The notes: generated by a model not told the origin, from the sequence alone. Counted from the stretch's first letter, positions 8,166 to 17,095 are shown. The stretch is DNA of 32,000 bases from Halorhodospira halophila SL1 (GCF_000015585.1 NC_008789.1:570001-602000); one strand, 5' to 3'. Made by a program: numbers and translations.

Positions 8166-10460
8166 TCAGAAGTCGACGCGCATGCCGGCCCAGTAGGTCC
8201 GCGGCGCGCCGGGACGCGCCCCCGCCGGACGGTGGTGCGCGACATAGGTTTCGTCGGTGAGGTTCTCGATACTGCCGAGCAACCGCACGTTATCTTTCAA
8301 CTGATAGTGGGCGGAGAGGTCGAACAGCCAGCGGGCGTCCATCTTCAGATCACTGTAATCGCGATCGGCCAGGGCACGCGTCTCCGAGACGTAATTGGCA
8401 TTCAGGTTGACGCGCCAGTCGGCCTGGCCGACACCGGCACTCAGGTTAAGTTGGTGCTCGGGGATCTCCGGCAGACGGTCGCCTTCGCGGGCGTTGGCCA
8501 GCTGGTTGGGGCCGTCGTCGATATCCTGCCGGAACTCGCTGTCGGTCCAGGTGTACCCGATACGAACCGGTAGCTGAACGTCGAGGCCCTGACTTTCCCC
8601 GAGGTCGTGAAGCCACAGCGCCTCGAGGCCCCAGATGTGGACCTCACCGGCAGAGACGAGATCGTCTTCAGTCTCGCAGGCACCGCCCACATTGGTGCAC
8701 TCGTAGTTGATGTTGGAGTAGTCGTTGAAGAAGCCGATCACCTCGGCCTGCGTGTACTGGTCGTTGAAACGGAAACCAGCCTCGTAGTTAACGCTGCGCT
8801 CCTCGTCGGCATCCGGGTTGGCGCCGGACGGGGCGAAACCGCGGTGCACTCCGCCAAGCACGCTCCACTGATCATCGATGGCGTAGGTGGCGCCGATACC
8901 GGGGACCCAGACCCGATAGGTGTTGGAGTAGGAGCCGTCCGCATCGAGATTGGCGCGCCCCAGGTCAGCCCACTGCTTGCGCTCCATGTCGATGTGCTCG
9001 TAACGCACGCCGGGGACCAGGGTCCACGAACCGCGCTCCATGGTGTTCTGCACGTGGAAGGCGTAAGCCTCGGCGGAGGTAACCCGGTTGGTGGTCTCAC
9101 CCGGGTTCTCCTGCTCGTCGAGCACCATGTAGCCATCGTCGGTCATCTCGAACGAGTCCTGCCACTGCTCCCGGTCCTCTTCGTCCTCGTGGTAGCGGAA
9201 GCCCACCTCCATGTCGTGGTCCCAGCCGAAGGCCTCGAAGAGATGACCCACCTGCACCTGGATGCCCTGGGCGTAGTATTCGCGGTTGTTGGCGCGGACA
9301 TTGCCGCGGGCATCGTCATCAATGCTCAGATCCCCGTCATAGGCAGTATCGAAACCGCCGAGGATCCACGCCAGCTCGTCCTCATGATCACCCGGGTCGC
9401 GGAGGATGTCGGAGATGCCCGTAAAATCACCGGTACCGTCACCATCCACCTCATGCAGCTTGTACCAGTTGCGCACGGTGTCGGTGCGGTAGACGGTGGT
9501 GGTGACGTCGGTGTCCACCGTGGGCTGGATGTAGTGGCGGACCTGATAGAGGTCGTTCTCGGTGTTGATCTCGTCGAGCTGTGAGCCGGCGTAGCGCCGG
9601 TGCGGGTTGTCGTCGAAGTCCCCGGGAAGCAGGCCGAGGTAGGTGTCGTAGATAGTGCGCCGGTCGCGGGCGTACTTGAACTCGAGTTCCTGATAGACCT
9701 CGGCAGTAGGATCGCTGGCCCATAGGCCCTTAGCGACGAAGTTGTTGCGATCGAAGCCCGTGTTCGGCACCGGGTTGTTCGGCTTGTTGGATTGATCCCC
9801 GGAGAGCGGGTGATCGAGCTCCTTGAAGCCGTCGCTCTGCTCCGTGTAACTCTCCAGCAACCACCCGAACTGCCCCTCACGCCCGCCGATGTGGGCGTGG
9901 GTTCGCCGCCCATTGTCCGACCCCAGACGCCCTTCGACCTTGCCGGAGGTCTCCTGCGGGATCGGGGTGGAGGTCATGTTCAGGGCGCCGCCCACGGTGT
10001 AGGGGCCGTGCTTGATCGCACTCGAGCCCTTGCGCACCTCCACGTTGTCCATGCGCCCCATGGGCGGGAAGTAGTAGGCCGCCGGGGCGGCGTAGGGCGC
10101 CGGCGAAGCCGTCAGCACCCCGTCCTCCATAACCGTGATGCGGCCGTTTCGCTCCGGGTTCACGCCGCGCATGCTGATATGCGGGAACTGGCCGTAGCCC
10201 TCCTCCTCGGCAACATTGACGCCAGGGATCTGGCGCAGGATGCGGTGGGGGTCGCTGTATCCCTGCCGATCGATGTCTTCGCGGCTGAGCACCTGGGCCG
10301 ATCCGGCGGTATCCTGCACCCGGTCCGGGCCGCCGGTGATCATGATCCGATCGAGCAGTCGTGAGGACCCGTCGTCGGCATCGGCCTGGGCGGCGCCCAG
10401 GGTCCCTCCGGCCATGACTGCAGCAGCAGCAACCCCCCAAGGTTTCACGGTCTGGTTCAT
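8166..10460 (-). CDS. TonB-dependent outer-membrane receptor (siderophore or ferric-citrate-like class)
   Basis: The signal peptide is MNQTVKPWGVAAAAVMAGGTLGAAQA|DADD. The plug region reads LLDRIMITGG...AQVLSREDIDRQG...RILRQIPGVNV...ISMRGV...VMEDGV...VEVRKGSSAIKHGPYTVGGALNM. A long beta-barrel follows, ending in the terminal motif YWAGMRVDF. I take the ATG at 10460, which follows a GGGGGGG SD, rather than the GTG at 10487. Confidence 0.9.
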   Translation of the reverse strand: MNQTVKPWGVAAAAVMAGGTLGAAQADADDGSSRLLDRIMITGGPDRVQDTAGSAQVLSREDIDRQGYSDPHRILRQIPGVNVAEEEGYGQFPHISMRGVNPERNGRITVMEDGVLTASPAPYAAPAAYYFPPMGRMDNVEVRKGSSAIKHGPYTVGGALNMTSTPIPQETSGKVEGRLGSDNGRRTHAHIGGREGQFGWLLESYTEQSDGFKELDHPLSGDQSNKPNNPVPNTGFDRNNFVAKGLWASDPTAEVYQELEFKYARDRRTIYDTYLGLLPGDFDDNPHRRYAGSQLDEINTENDLYQVRHYIQPTVDTDVTTTVYRTDTVRNWYKLHEVDGDGTGDFTGISDILRDPGDHEDELAWILGGFDTAYDGDLSIDDDARGNVRANNREYYAQGIQVQVGHLFEAFGWDHDMEVGFRYHEDEEDREQWQDSFEMTDDGYMVLDEQENPGETTNRVTSAEAYAFHVQNTMERGSWTLVPGVRYEHIDMERKQWADLGRANLDADGSYSNTYRVWVPGIGATYAIDDQWSVLGGVHRGFAPSGANPDADEERSVNYEAGFRFNDQYTQAEVIGFFNDYSNINYECTNVGGACETEDDLVSAGEVHIWGLEALWLHDLGESQGLDVQLPVRIGYTWTDSEFRQDIDDGPNQLANAREGDRLPEIPEHQLNLSAGVGQADWRVNLNANYVSETRALADRDYSDLKMDARWLFDLSAHYQLKDNVRLLGSIENLTDETYVAHHRPAGARPGAPRTYWAGMRVDF

Positions 10461-10505
10461 GCCCCCCCCTATGCGTGGCGCTGTCACTGTGATGTGCTTT
10501 TGCGC

Positions 10506-10534
10506 ATTCTAGTGAGAACGATTCGCGTTTCCAA
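10506..10534 (-). promoter_or_regulatory. Sigma-70-like promoter of the receptor gene, TTGGAA-N17-TAGAAT, overlapped by a weak Fur-box-like sequence
   Basis: On the minus strand the -35 TTGGAA is at 10534-10529, the spacer is 17 nt, and the -10 TAGAAT is at 10511-10506. The spacer and -10 region (GCGAATCGTTCTCACTAGA) match the 19-bp Fur consensus GATAATGATAATCATTATC at only about 11 of 19 positions. Confidence 0.5.
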
Positions 10535-10706
10535 TACACAAGAGGGCCTCAGGCGGGCTTTCCCCATCGCTATTCTCGATAACCAGGGCGCCCAGGATTG
10601 AGCCAGCGCAAATCAATGGCGGGAACGGAGGCGGTGGGGTCGTTGAGGGCGGTGTACCCGGACGCCGTGGGAGACGCCCGGGAGCGGGTTGGGTCGGTGT
10701 GCTGGT

Positions 10707-11438
10707 TTACCAGGCGTAGCCGACGCCGAGGTTCATGGCAGCTTCGGTAAACTCGACTTCATGGGCACCAGAGAAGAGGTCCTCATCCCCGTACTGGTAG
10801 AGGTTGCCCTCGACACGCATCATCACCGGCAGCTGGGTGGAGCGGTACTCGAGCCCCACCCCGACACCGATGCCAACGAACGTGGTGTCATCCGACGCCT
10901 GATCGCCGCCACTCTCGGCCTGGACTTCCAGGTTCCGCACCTGATAGCTGAGCCTGCCGTAGAGCATGCTGGTGCCCTCCTCGAGGACCCCGCCAAGCCG
11001 GACCGAAAGGCCGTACCCGTCGCTCACCTGCGCCGTCAGGCCTTCCGCAGCCTCGAGTGCGTCGTCGGCCATGGCATGGCCCAGGGCGTAGTTGATCTCG
11101 GCACCGTAATAGAGCGACTGGGATTGCAGGCCGGCGCCGACAAACAGCTCGCCCCGGGCACCCACCGCATCGGTGCTGAAGCTCAGGGTGGCGTCACCCT
11201 CGTCAAAAGAGACGTCGTCGACGTCAAACCCGGAGGCGCCTACTTCCATGGCCACCGAGGGCAGGGTCGCTGCAGCATGGATGCCGAAGTAGGGCCCCTC
11301 GAACGGCAGGGTGCGGTCGAAGAATCCGGTGGTGTTCTGCTGGCCGAACTGCGCGCTGGCCAGGGACGGCGCAACGATCCCTGCAACCGCGGCCAGCGTG
11401 ATGGCCCCTCTCCTTACACCGATACCCGGTCGCCGCAT
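10707..11438 (-). CDS. Small outer-membrane beta-barrel protein (OmpA-like / OMP_b-brl porin family), 243 aa
   Basis: The signal peptide is MRRPGIGVRRGAITLAAVAGIVAPSLASA|QF. The body has the alternating amphipathic beta-strand pattern (FVGIGVGVGLEY, VMMRVEGNLYQY) and ends in an aromatic residue (NLGVGYAW). The ATG at 11438 is preceded by GAGAGG. The track ORF extends to 11819 but overlaps the end of flgL, and the extra residues are Pro/Arg/Ser junk. Confidence 0.75.
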   Translation of the reverse strand: MRRPGIGVRRGAITLAAVAGIVAPSLASAQFGQQNTTGFFDRTLPFEGPYFGIHAAATLPSVAMEVGASGFDVDDVSFDEGDATLSFSTDAVGARGELFVGAGLQSQSLYYGAEINYALGHAMADDALEAAEGLTAQVSDGYGLSVRLGGVLEEGTSMLYGRLSYQVRNLEVQAESGGDQASDDTTFVGIGVGVGLEYRSTQLPVMMRVEGNLYQYGDEDLFSGAHEVEFTEAAMNLGVGYAW

Positions 11439-11488
11439 GGCGTTGGCCTCTCTGTCCACAATTGAGTGTCTCTTACGATAGGGGTCGG

Positions 11489-11519
11489 CCGGCAGGCCGA
11501 AACCTTGAGGCCTGCCCGG
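11489..11519 (-). other. GC-rich hairpin between flgL and the outer-membrane-protein gene; no U-tract
   Basis: GGCAGGCC (11491-11498) pairs with GGCCTGCC (11509-11516) across a 10-nt loop, and the stem can be extended by 2 bp across a single-base bulge. It lies about 40 nt after the flgL stop. With no T-run it is at best a leaky terminator or an RNA-stability element. Confidence 0.35.
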
Positions 11520-11559
11520 ATCACGCCGAGCGGAAACCCAGCCCAGAAGGTAGCAGAGA

Positions 11560-12822
11560 TCAGATGTAGTCGAACAAAGAGAGGTTCTGCACGCGGCCGA
11601 AGGTGGACTGGGCCGCCTCGAGGCCGGTGAGCTCTTGGTTGAAGCGGCCGGTGGCCTCGGCGTAGTCGAGGTCGCGCTCGTCGGAGGTGGCCTGCTTGAG
11701 ATCGATGATCGCCGCCTCGTTGCTGGCTTTCTCGCTGTCCAGGGTAGACAGGCGGGCGCCGATCTCGGAGCGGACCCGGTAGGTGTTCTCCATGGCCAGG
11801 TCGAGGTCGCCCAGGGCACGGTCAGCGGCGTTGCGGAAGTCGGGGCCCTCGCCCTCCTTGAGGGCCCCGATCAGCTCGTTGACGGTGGCGAAGATCGACT
11901 GCGACCGACTGCCGGTGATGGTGAAGAAATCGCCGTCACCGTCCTCCCCGGGCTCCGGATGGCCCTCGATCTTCACCCGCACCCCGTCGTCGACCTCGAT
12001 GGTCGCCCCCGGCTCGTAGAGCGGGGCATCCTCCACCGCCGGTGGGCCACCGTCCTCAGTGCCCACCCACTCCCAGGCGTTCTCGTCCTCAGGATTGTCG
12101 GTGCGCTGCACGGCGTAGCGAGTGTTACCGTCCTCGTCCTCGGCGAAGCGGATGCGGTACTGCTCGGCGGTGGGGCTGCGCACCTTGCCGTCGACGACGC
12201 TGACCACGCCGGTTCCGCGGTTGCCCTCGCCCTGGAAGGCCTGGTACTGGCCGTTGCCATCGGGGACCTTCATGAAGGCGTCGAAGCCGGAGTGGTCGAC
12301 CCCGATCTGCCGGCCGGGGCCGATGCGCACCTCGCGGCTGTTCTGGTCGCCGTGGTAGGTCACGTGGCCGTCGGTCCCCATGTTGAACGGCTGGGTGCGG
12401 GTGCGTGATCCGGAGAAGAGGTACTCGCCGTTGCCGTCGCGGCTGTTGCCCAGCTCCACCAGCTGCTTGTAGCGCTCCTCGATCTCCGAGGCGATGTAGC
12501 TCCGGGTGCTGGCATCCTGGGTCCCGTTGGCCGCCTGCACGGTGAGCTCACGGATCCGCTGCAGCTCGTTGCCGGCCTGCTCCAGGGCGGACTCGGACAT
12601 GGACAGCCGGGTGCGCGCCAGGTCGCCGTTGCGGTTGAACCGCTCCAACGACTCGGTGGCCCGCTTGAGGTCGAGGGTGCGCGCCGCCGAGGTGGGATCA
12701 TCCGACGGCCGCAGCACCCGGCGCCCACTGGAGAGCTGGGTCTGGGTGTCGTTGATCTCGCTCTGCTGGCCGGTCATGTTCTGAACGGCCGTGTTCTGCA
12801 TGTGACTCGTGGATACGCGCAC
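11560..12822 (-). CDS. flgL: Flagellar hook-filament junction protein FlgL (HAP3)
   Basis: The N-terminus is flagellin-like (MRVSTSHMQN...LSSGRRVLRPSDDPTSAARTLDL...ELQRIRELTVQAANGT) and the C-terminus is EIGARLSTLDS...LDYAEATGRFNQELTGLEAAQSTFGRVQNLSLFDYI. The GTG start is 10 nt after the flgK stop. Confidence 0.9.
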   Translation of the reverse strand: MRVSTSHMQNTAVQNMTGQQSEINDTQTQLSSGRRVLRPSDDPTSAARTLDLKRATESLERFNRNGDLARTRLSMSESALEQAGNELQRIRELTVQAANGTQDASTRSYIASEIEERYKQLVELGNSRDGNGEYLFSGSRTRTQPFNMGTDGHVTYHGDQNSREVRIGPGRQIGVDHSGFDAFMKVPDGNGQYQAFQGEGNRGTGVVSVVDGKVRSPTAEQYRIRFAEDEDGNTRYAVQRTDNPEDENAWEWVGTEDGGPPAVEDAPLYEPGATIEVDDGVRVKIEGHPEPGEDGDGDFFTITGSRSQSIFATVNELIGALKEGEGPDFRNAADRALGDLDLAMENTYRVRSEIGARLSTLDSEKASNEAAIIDLKQATSDERDLDYAEATGRFNQELTGLEAAQSTFGRVQNLSLFDYI

Positions 12823-12832
12823 GGCTCACCCC

Positions 12833-14890
12833 CTAACGACGCACCGCGTTGAGCATCTCCTGGAAGACCTCATCGGCACTGGTGATGATCTGAGCGGCGG
12901 CCTGATAGGCCTGCTGATACTCCATCATGTTGGCCGCCTCCTCATCCAGGTTGACGCCGGAGAGCTCCTCCCACTGCTCCTTGGCCTGGTTGAGCAGGGC
13001 CTCCTGGGCATCGCGGTTGGTCTGCACGCGCTGGCTGAAGCCGCCGAGCTCGCCGACCATGGCGCTGTAGGCCTCCTGGAAGGTGCTGTTGCCGTTGTCC
13101 ATGACGGTGTCTTCCATGAGCTCGGCCATGCGCAGGGCGTTGGTGTTGTCGCCCACGCCCTCGTAGTTGCCGTAGAGCCCGAAGCGGTCGCCGTCATCCG
13201 GCACACCAGAGATGCGCACCGAGATGTCCAGCTCGGCCAGCGCCTCGGCCGCGGCGCCGCTGACCGGCTCCACGTCCTCGGACAGATTCACCACCTGGCC
13301 GCGCTCGGGATCCTCGGGATCGTACTCGAACGTCCCGACGGTGTCGCCGCCGATGGTCACGTTGAAGGTGCCGTCGTCCGAGTAGGTCATCTCGACCCCC
13401 TGCTGCAGGGCACCCCCCTCCTCCAGGGCGGCCATCACGCCGTCGGCCCGGCCGACATCCGGCGGTCCGATGCGCGCCCGACCGGTGTTCTCAGTCTGGC
13501 CGTCCTCGCGGGGCGCCTCGCCGGTGACCACCGGGGCGGCGGCGGCCACCTGGGTCGGGCGGGAGAGCCGCCCCTCGATGCCCTGGGCCGCGTTGCGTGT
13601 GGGCTCGATCAGGAAGCGATCCCCCTCCTGGAGATCGCCGGCTTCGGGGTCCGGCGGATAGAGGATGAGCCCGTCGAAGCGGTAGCCGCCGTCGGCATCG
13701 GGCTGGATGTCCGCATCCTCGCCCGTGCCCAGGGTGCGCACCTCATTGGTGTCCTCGGTGAGGACCTGCAGCTGCCCGTCGACCACCCGCGCCTGATAGT
13801 TCTCGCGGCGCAGATCGCCGATGCGCTCCTCGTCGATGACCACCTGGGGCTGGCCGTCACCGGCGTTGCCCCGGTGGGCCGAGACGCCGGCCTCGCGGGC
13901 GTAGTCGAAGAAGTCGTCGCCGGCCTCGGGGTAGCCGCTGTCGAACTGGATGCCGCTGCGGTGCTGCTCGTTCATGGCCCCGGCCAGCGAGGTGGCCACC
14001 CGGCCGATCTCATCGCGGGTCTCGTCCAGCACGCCGTTGCGGAACTCCAGCAGCCCGCCCAGGGAGCCGCCCTGCACGGCGCTGGTGATCTGTACCTCGC
14101 GGTCGCCGCGGCGGACAGCCAGCTCCGGGCGCTCCGGGTCGAAGGCGTTACGGGTGACTTCCAGGGTATTGGCCCGGTCGCCGGTGACCAGCGGCTGGCC
14201 GTTGCCGATACCGACGTTCAGCGAGCGATCGTCCTGCTCGGTGACCCGGACAGTCACGTGTTCGGAGAGTTGGCGGATCTTTTCGTCGCGCTGGTCGAGC
14301 AGGTCGTTGGGCGGACGCTGCGGGTTGGTCCAGCGGCTGCGGATCTCGCCGTTGAGTTCGGCGATGGACTCGGCCAGGCCGTTGATCTTGTCGGCCTCGG
14401 CCCGCACCCGCTTGTTGACGTCCTCCTCCAGGGTCAGCAAGCGGTTGTCCAGGGTGTGGAAACGGTCCGCCAGGGCCTGGCCCTGGGTGAGCAGCTGCTG
14501 CCGCGAGACGGTGTTCGACGGGTCGTTGGCCACCTCTTCGACGGCGTCGAAGAATTGACGCAGGGACGGGCTGAGGCCGGCGTCCTGGTCGGCGACCAGA
14601 TTGTCGATGCGCCCGGTCATCTCGGCCAGCCGGTCCAGCCGCTCGTACTCGGCGTGGTTGTTGCGCAGGGCGTCGACGCGGTGGTCCTCGCTCAGACGCT
14701 GGATGGTCTGCACCTGCGTGCCGGTGCCGATGGCCCCTCGGGAGTGGTAGTGCGGGATGCTCGTATCCTGCTCCACCCGCTGGCGGCTGTAGCCATCGGT
14801 GTTGACGTTGGAGATGTTGTGCGACGTGGTCGCCAGGCCGCGCTGCGATGCGCGCAGCCCGGAGATGCCCGTCTGCAGGATATCGACCAT
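12833..14890 (-). CDS. flgK: Flagellar hook-associated protein FlgK (HAP1)
   Basis: The N-terminus is ILQTGISGLRASQRGLATTSHNISNVNTDGYSRQRV and the C-terminus is VNLDEEAANMMEYQQAYQAAAQIITSADEVFQEMLN. At 685 aa it is similar in length to the Pseudomonas protein. Confidence 0.9.
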   Translation of the reverse strand: MVDILQTGISGLRASQRGLATTSHNISNVNTDGYSRQRVEQDTSIPHYHSRGAIGTGTQVQTIQRLSEDHRVDALRNNHAEYERLDRLAEMTGRIDNLVADQDAGLSPSLRQFFDAVEEVANDPSNTVSRQQLLTQGQALADRFHTLDNRLLTLEEDVNKRVRAEADKINGLAESIAELNGEIRSRWTNPQRPPNDLLDQRDEKIRQLSEHVTVRVTEQDDRSLNVGIGNGQPLVTGDRANTLEVTRNAFDPERPELAVRRGDREVQITSAVQGGSLGGLLEFRNGVLDETRDEIGRVATSLAGAMNEQHRSGIQFDSGYPEAGDDFFDYAREAGVSAHRGNAGDGQPQVVIDEERIGDLRRENYQARVVDGQLQVLTEDTNEVRTLGTGEDADIQPDADGGYRFDGLILYPPDPEAGDLQEGDRFLIEPTRNAAQGIEGRLSRPTQVAAAAPVVTGEAPREDGQTENTGRARIGPPDVGRADGVMAALEEGGALQQGVEMTYSDDGTFNVTIGGDTVGTFEYDPEDPERGQVVNLSEDVEPVSGAAAEALAELDISVRISGVPDDGDRFGLYGNYEGVGDNTNALRMAELMEDTVMDNGNSTFQEAYSAMVGELGGFSQRVQTNRDAQEALLNQAKEQWEELSGVNLDEEAANMMEYQQAYQAAAQIITSADEVFQEMLNAVRR

Positions 14891-14932
14891 AGATTCCGCC
14901 TCGTTGGGGCCCGCGGGCCCACCCTGCCCTAT

Positions 14933-15919
14933 CTAGCCTTTCGGCACGGAATCGGAAATCTTGAGGGTCTCGCCTCCAATCCGCACCCCGTGACTGTCGT
15001 CGCCGAGCTCCATGATCCGCTGCAGCTTCTCGGCGTACTGCGGATCGGTGGCGTACCCGGCCCGCTGCAGGGCCTCGACATACTGCCCGGCGTCCTCGCC
15101 AACCTCCAGCGCCTCGCGATAGCGCGGGTTGCGCTCGAGGAAGTCGGCGTAGTCGGCGAAGCTGTCCGCCACCGACTCGTAGGCGCGGAAGTCGGCCATC
15201 TCGCGCTGGGGGATGCCGTTGCGGTACTCGAGGGTGGGCACCCGTACGGCATCGCCCTGCCAATCCGCCGAGTGGGCCTTGATGTTAAACAGGTTGTTGG
15301 AGCTGCGCCCGTCGCTGTCGGCCACCATGTGCTGCCCCCAGCCGGTCTCCAGGGCTGCCTGGGCCACCAGGGCCACCGCCGGCACCCCCAGGCGCTCGGC
15401 GGTCTCCTTGGCCGCCGGGGTGATCTCCTCGACGAAGGCCTGCGGGCTCGACCAGCCGGCCCCCTTGCCGCCGAGACCGCCACCACGGCCCGTCTCGTCC
15501 CCCTCTTCGGCGGCCGCTGCCCGCTCTTCGTCGTCGGGCTGGACGGGCACCGCCGAGTGGCGGTAGTCGGCGACATCCCGGGGCAGCCCCTGGGTGCGGT
15601 CGGTCTCGAAGCCGGCGTTCTCGCGCAGCTGCTCCTCGATCATCGGGGCCAGGCCCATGCCCCCGCCCTCGCGGGACATCTGCACCGCCATCTGCCGATC
15701 GAACAGATCGCGGTAGGTCTCCTCGGCGTTGCCGCCGAAGATCTCGTCGCCCGGGGTCGCCTGGCGCATCTGGCCGAGCATCATCTCGACGAAGACCGCC
15801 TCGAACTGCCGCGCCACCTCGGCGAGGTCCTCCTCGCTGGGGTTGCGCGTCATCGAGCGAAGCTGCTGCAGCCCCTGGGGTTCAAGGGCGTTACCAAGGG
15901 CGCCGCCGGCGTTGTGCAT
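14933..15919 (-). CDS. flgJ: Flagellar rod-assembly protein and peptidoglycan hydrolase FlgJ
   Basis: The N-terminal rod-binding region reads VARQFEAVFVEMMLGQMR. A low-complexity linker joins it to a C-terminal glucosaminidase domain (VALVAQAALETGWGQH...NNLFNIKA...YRAYESVADSFADYADFL...AGYATDPQYAEKL). Confidence 0.9.
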   Translation of the reverse strand: MHNAGGALGNALEPQGLQQLRSMTRNPSEEDLAEVARQFEAVFVEMMLGQMRQATPGDEIFGGNAEETYRDLFDRQMAVQMSREGGGMGLAPMIEEQLRENAGFETDRTQGLPRDVADYRHSAVPVQPDDEERAAAAEEGDETGRGGGLGGKGAGWSSPQAFVEEITPAAKETAERLGVPAVALVAQAALETGWGQHMVADSDGRSSNNLFNIKAHSADWQGDAVRVPTLEYRNGIPQREMADFRAYESVADSFADYADFLERNPRYREALEVGEDAGQYVEALQRAGYATDPQYAEKLQRIMELGDDSHGVRIGGETLKISDSVPKG

Positions 15920-15929
15920 GGTGCCCCTC

Positions 15930-17045
15930 CTAGATGATGGTCAGCTCGGCGCGCAGGGCGCCGGCACGCTTGAGGGCCTCGAGGATAGCCACCAGGTCGC
16001 CGGGGGCCGCCCCCACGGCGTTGATCGCGTCGACGATCTCGTCGAGATCGGCGCCGGCCTGGAAGACGAAGGCCGGGTTCTCGCCCTCCAGCCCCTCGTC
16101 CATCTCCTCGTCGGGGACCATCAGGGGCTCGTCCAGGCCGAAGGGGTCTTCGGCGATCTGCTCGGGGCCGCCGGCGCCGATGGCCACGGTCATGTTGCCG
16201 TGACTGACCGCCGCCGGGCGTACCCGGACGTTGGAGCCCATGACGATGGTCCCGGTACGGGCGTTGACGATCACCTCCGCCGGCGCCTCGCCCGGCTCGA
16301 CACGCAGCTCTTCCAGAAAGGAGATGAAGCTCACCCGCTGATCCGAGTCCTGCGGGGCGCGCACGCGAACCGACCCGGCATCCTCGGCCCGCGCGGTGCG
16401 CGGCCCCAGGTTGTGGTTGATCACCTCGGCGGTCCGGCGGGCGGTGGTGAAATCGGGCTCGTGGAGGTTGAGCACCACCTCGTCCCGATCCTGGAAGCCG
16501 GTATCGATGCGGCGCTCGACCATGGCGCCGTTGGGGATCGAGCCGCCGAGCTGGTTGTCCACGGGGATCTCGGTATCCTCGGCCCCGAAGCCGCCGATCA
16601 CCACACGCCCCTGGGCGACGGCGTAGACCTCGCCGTCGGCGGCGCGCAGCGGCGTCATCAGCAGCTCGCCGCCTTGCAGGCTGTCGGCGTCGCCCAGGGA
16701 CGAGACGCTGACGTCGATTTGCTGCCCGGGGCGGGTAAACGCCGGCAGCTCCGCCGTGATCATCACCGCCGCGGTGTTATCGGCATCGGGGTCCACGTCG
16801 TGGGGGATGTTGACCCCCTGGCTGGCGAGCATCGAGCGCACACTCTGCTCGGTGAAGGGGGTGTCGTCACCGGTGCCATCCAGCCCCACCACCAGGCCGT
16901 AGCCGACCAACTGGTTGCTGCGCACACCGCCCACCGAGGCGATATCCTTGATGCGCTCGGCGGCGGAGACACTCGCCGCGAGCAGCACCAGGACCACCCC
17001 CACGGCCCCCTGAAGCCAGCGTGTATCGATTCTGCGCATGCCCAT
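15930..17045 (-). CDS. flgI: Flagellar P-ring protein FlgI
   Basis: A signal peptide is followed by ERIKDIASVGGVRSNQLVGYGLVVGLDGTGD, and the C-terminus is LDEIVDAINAVGAAPGDLVAILEALKRAGALRAELTII. I place the start at ATG 17045 (or 17039), just after the flgH stop. The track ORF's extra 28 N-terminal codons would overlap flgH. Confidence 0.9.
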   Translation of the reverse strand: MGMRRIDTRWLQGAVGVVLVLLAASVSAAERIKDIASVGGVRSNQLVGYGLVVGLDGTGDDTPFTEQSVRSMLASQGVNIPHDVDPDADNTAAVMITAELPAFTRPGQQIDVSVSSLGDADSLQGGELLMTPLRAADGEVYAVAQGRVVIGGFGAEDTEIPVDNQLGGSIPNGAMVERRIDTGFQDRDEVVLNLHEPDFTTARRTAEVINHNLGPRTARAEDAGSVRVRAPQDSDQRVSFISFLEELRVEPGEAPAEVIVNARTGTIVMGSNVRVRPAAVSHGNMTVAIGAGGPEQIAEDPFGLDEPLMVPDEEMDEGLEGENPAFVFQAGADLDEIVDAINAVGAAPGDLVAILEALKRAGALRAELTII

Positions 17046-17095
17046 AGCCTCGCGTCCTCCCGTGCGCGCCGCTTTGAGGCGGCCGCGACGATCAG

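Noticed and set aside
10707-11819. Extended N-terminal versions of several track ORFs: 10707-11819, 23585-25000, 15930-17129, 17096-17860, 8166-10487, 4515-6008, 25559-25927 and 29383-31446.
   Set aside because: The extensions overlap the upstream gene or a predicted promoter and encode Arg/Pro/Ser-rich junk. In each case an internal start with an SD sits immediately before a recognisable signal peptide or conserved N-terminus. I used the shorter coordinates.
14907-14920. Perfect 14-nt palindrome GGGCCCGCGGGCCC in the 42-nt flgJ-flgK gap.
   Set aside because: As RNA it can form only a 5-bp stem with a 4-nt loop, and no U-tract follows. It is too short to call a terminator or an operator and is probably incidental GC-rich symmetry. 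It could still modestly affect flgK translation.
12809-15937. Very long plus-strand ORF (1042 aa). Similar long ORFs lie at 71-1618, 3996-6014, 6133-8130, 17301-19208, 23288-24526 and 29407-31221.
   Set aside because: Each lies exactly antisense to a minus-strand gene with unmistakable homology (flgK/flgJ, fleQ, the flagellins, flgH/G/F, cheV, the helicase). Their translations are Arg/Gly/Leu/Pro/His-rich low-complexity strings, typical of shadow ORFs in high-GC DNA.
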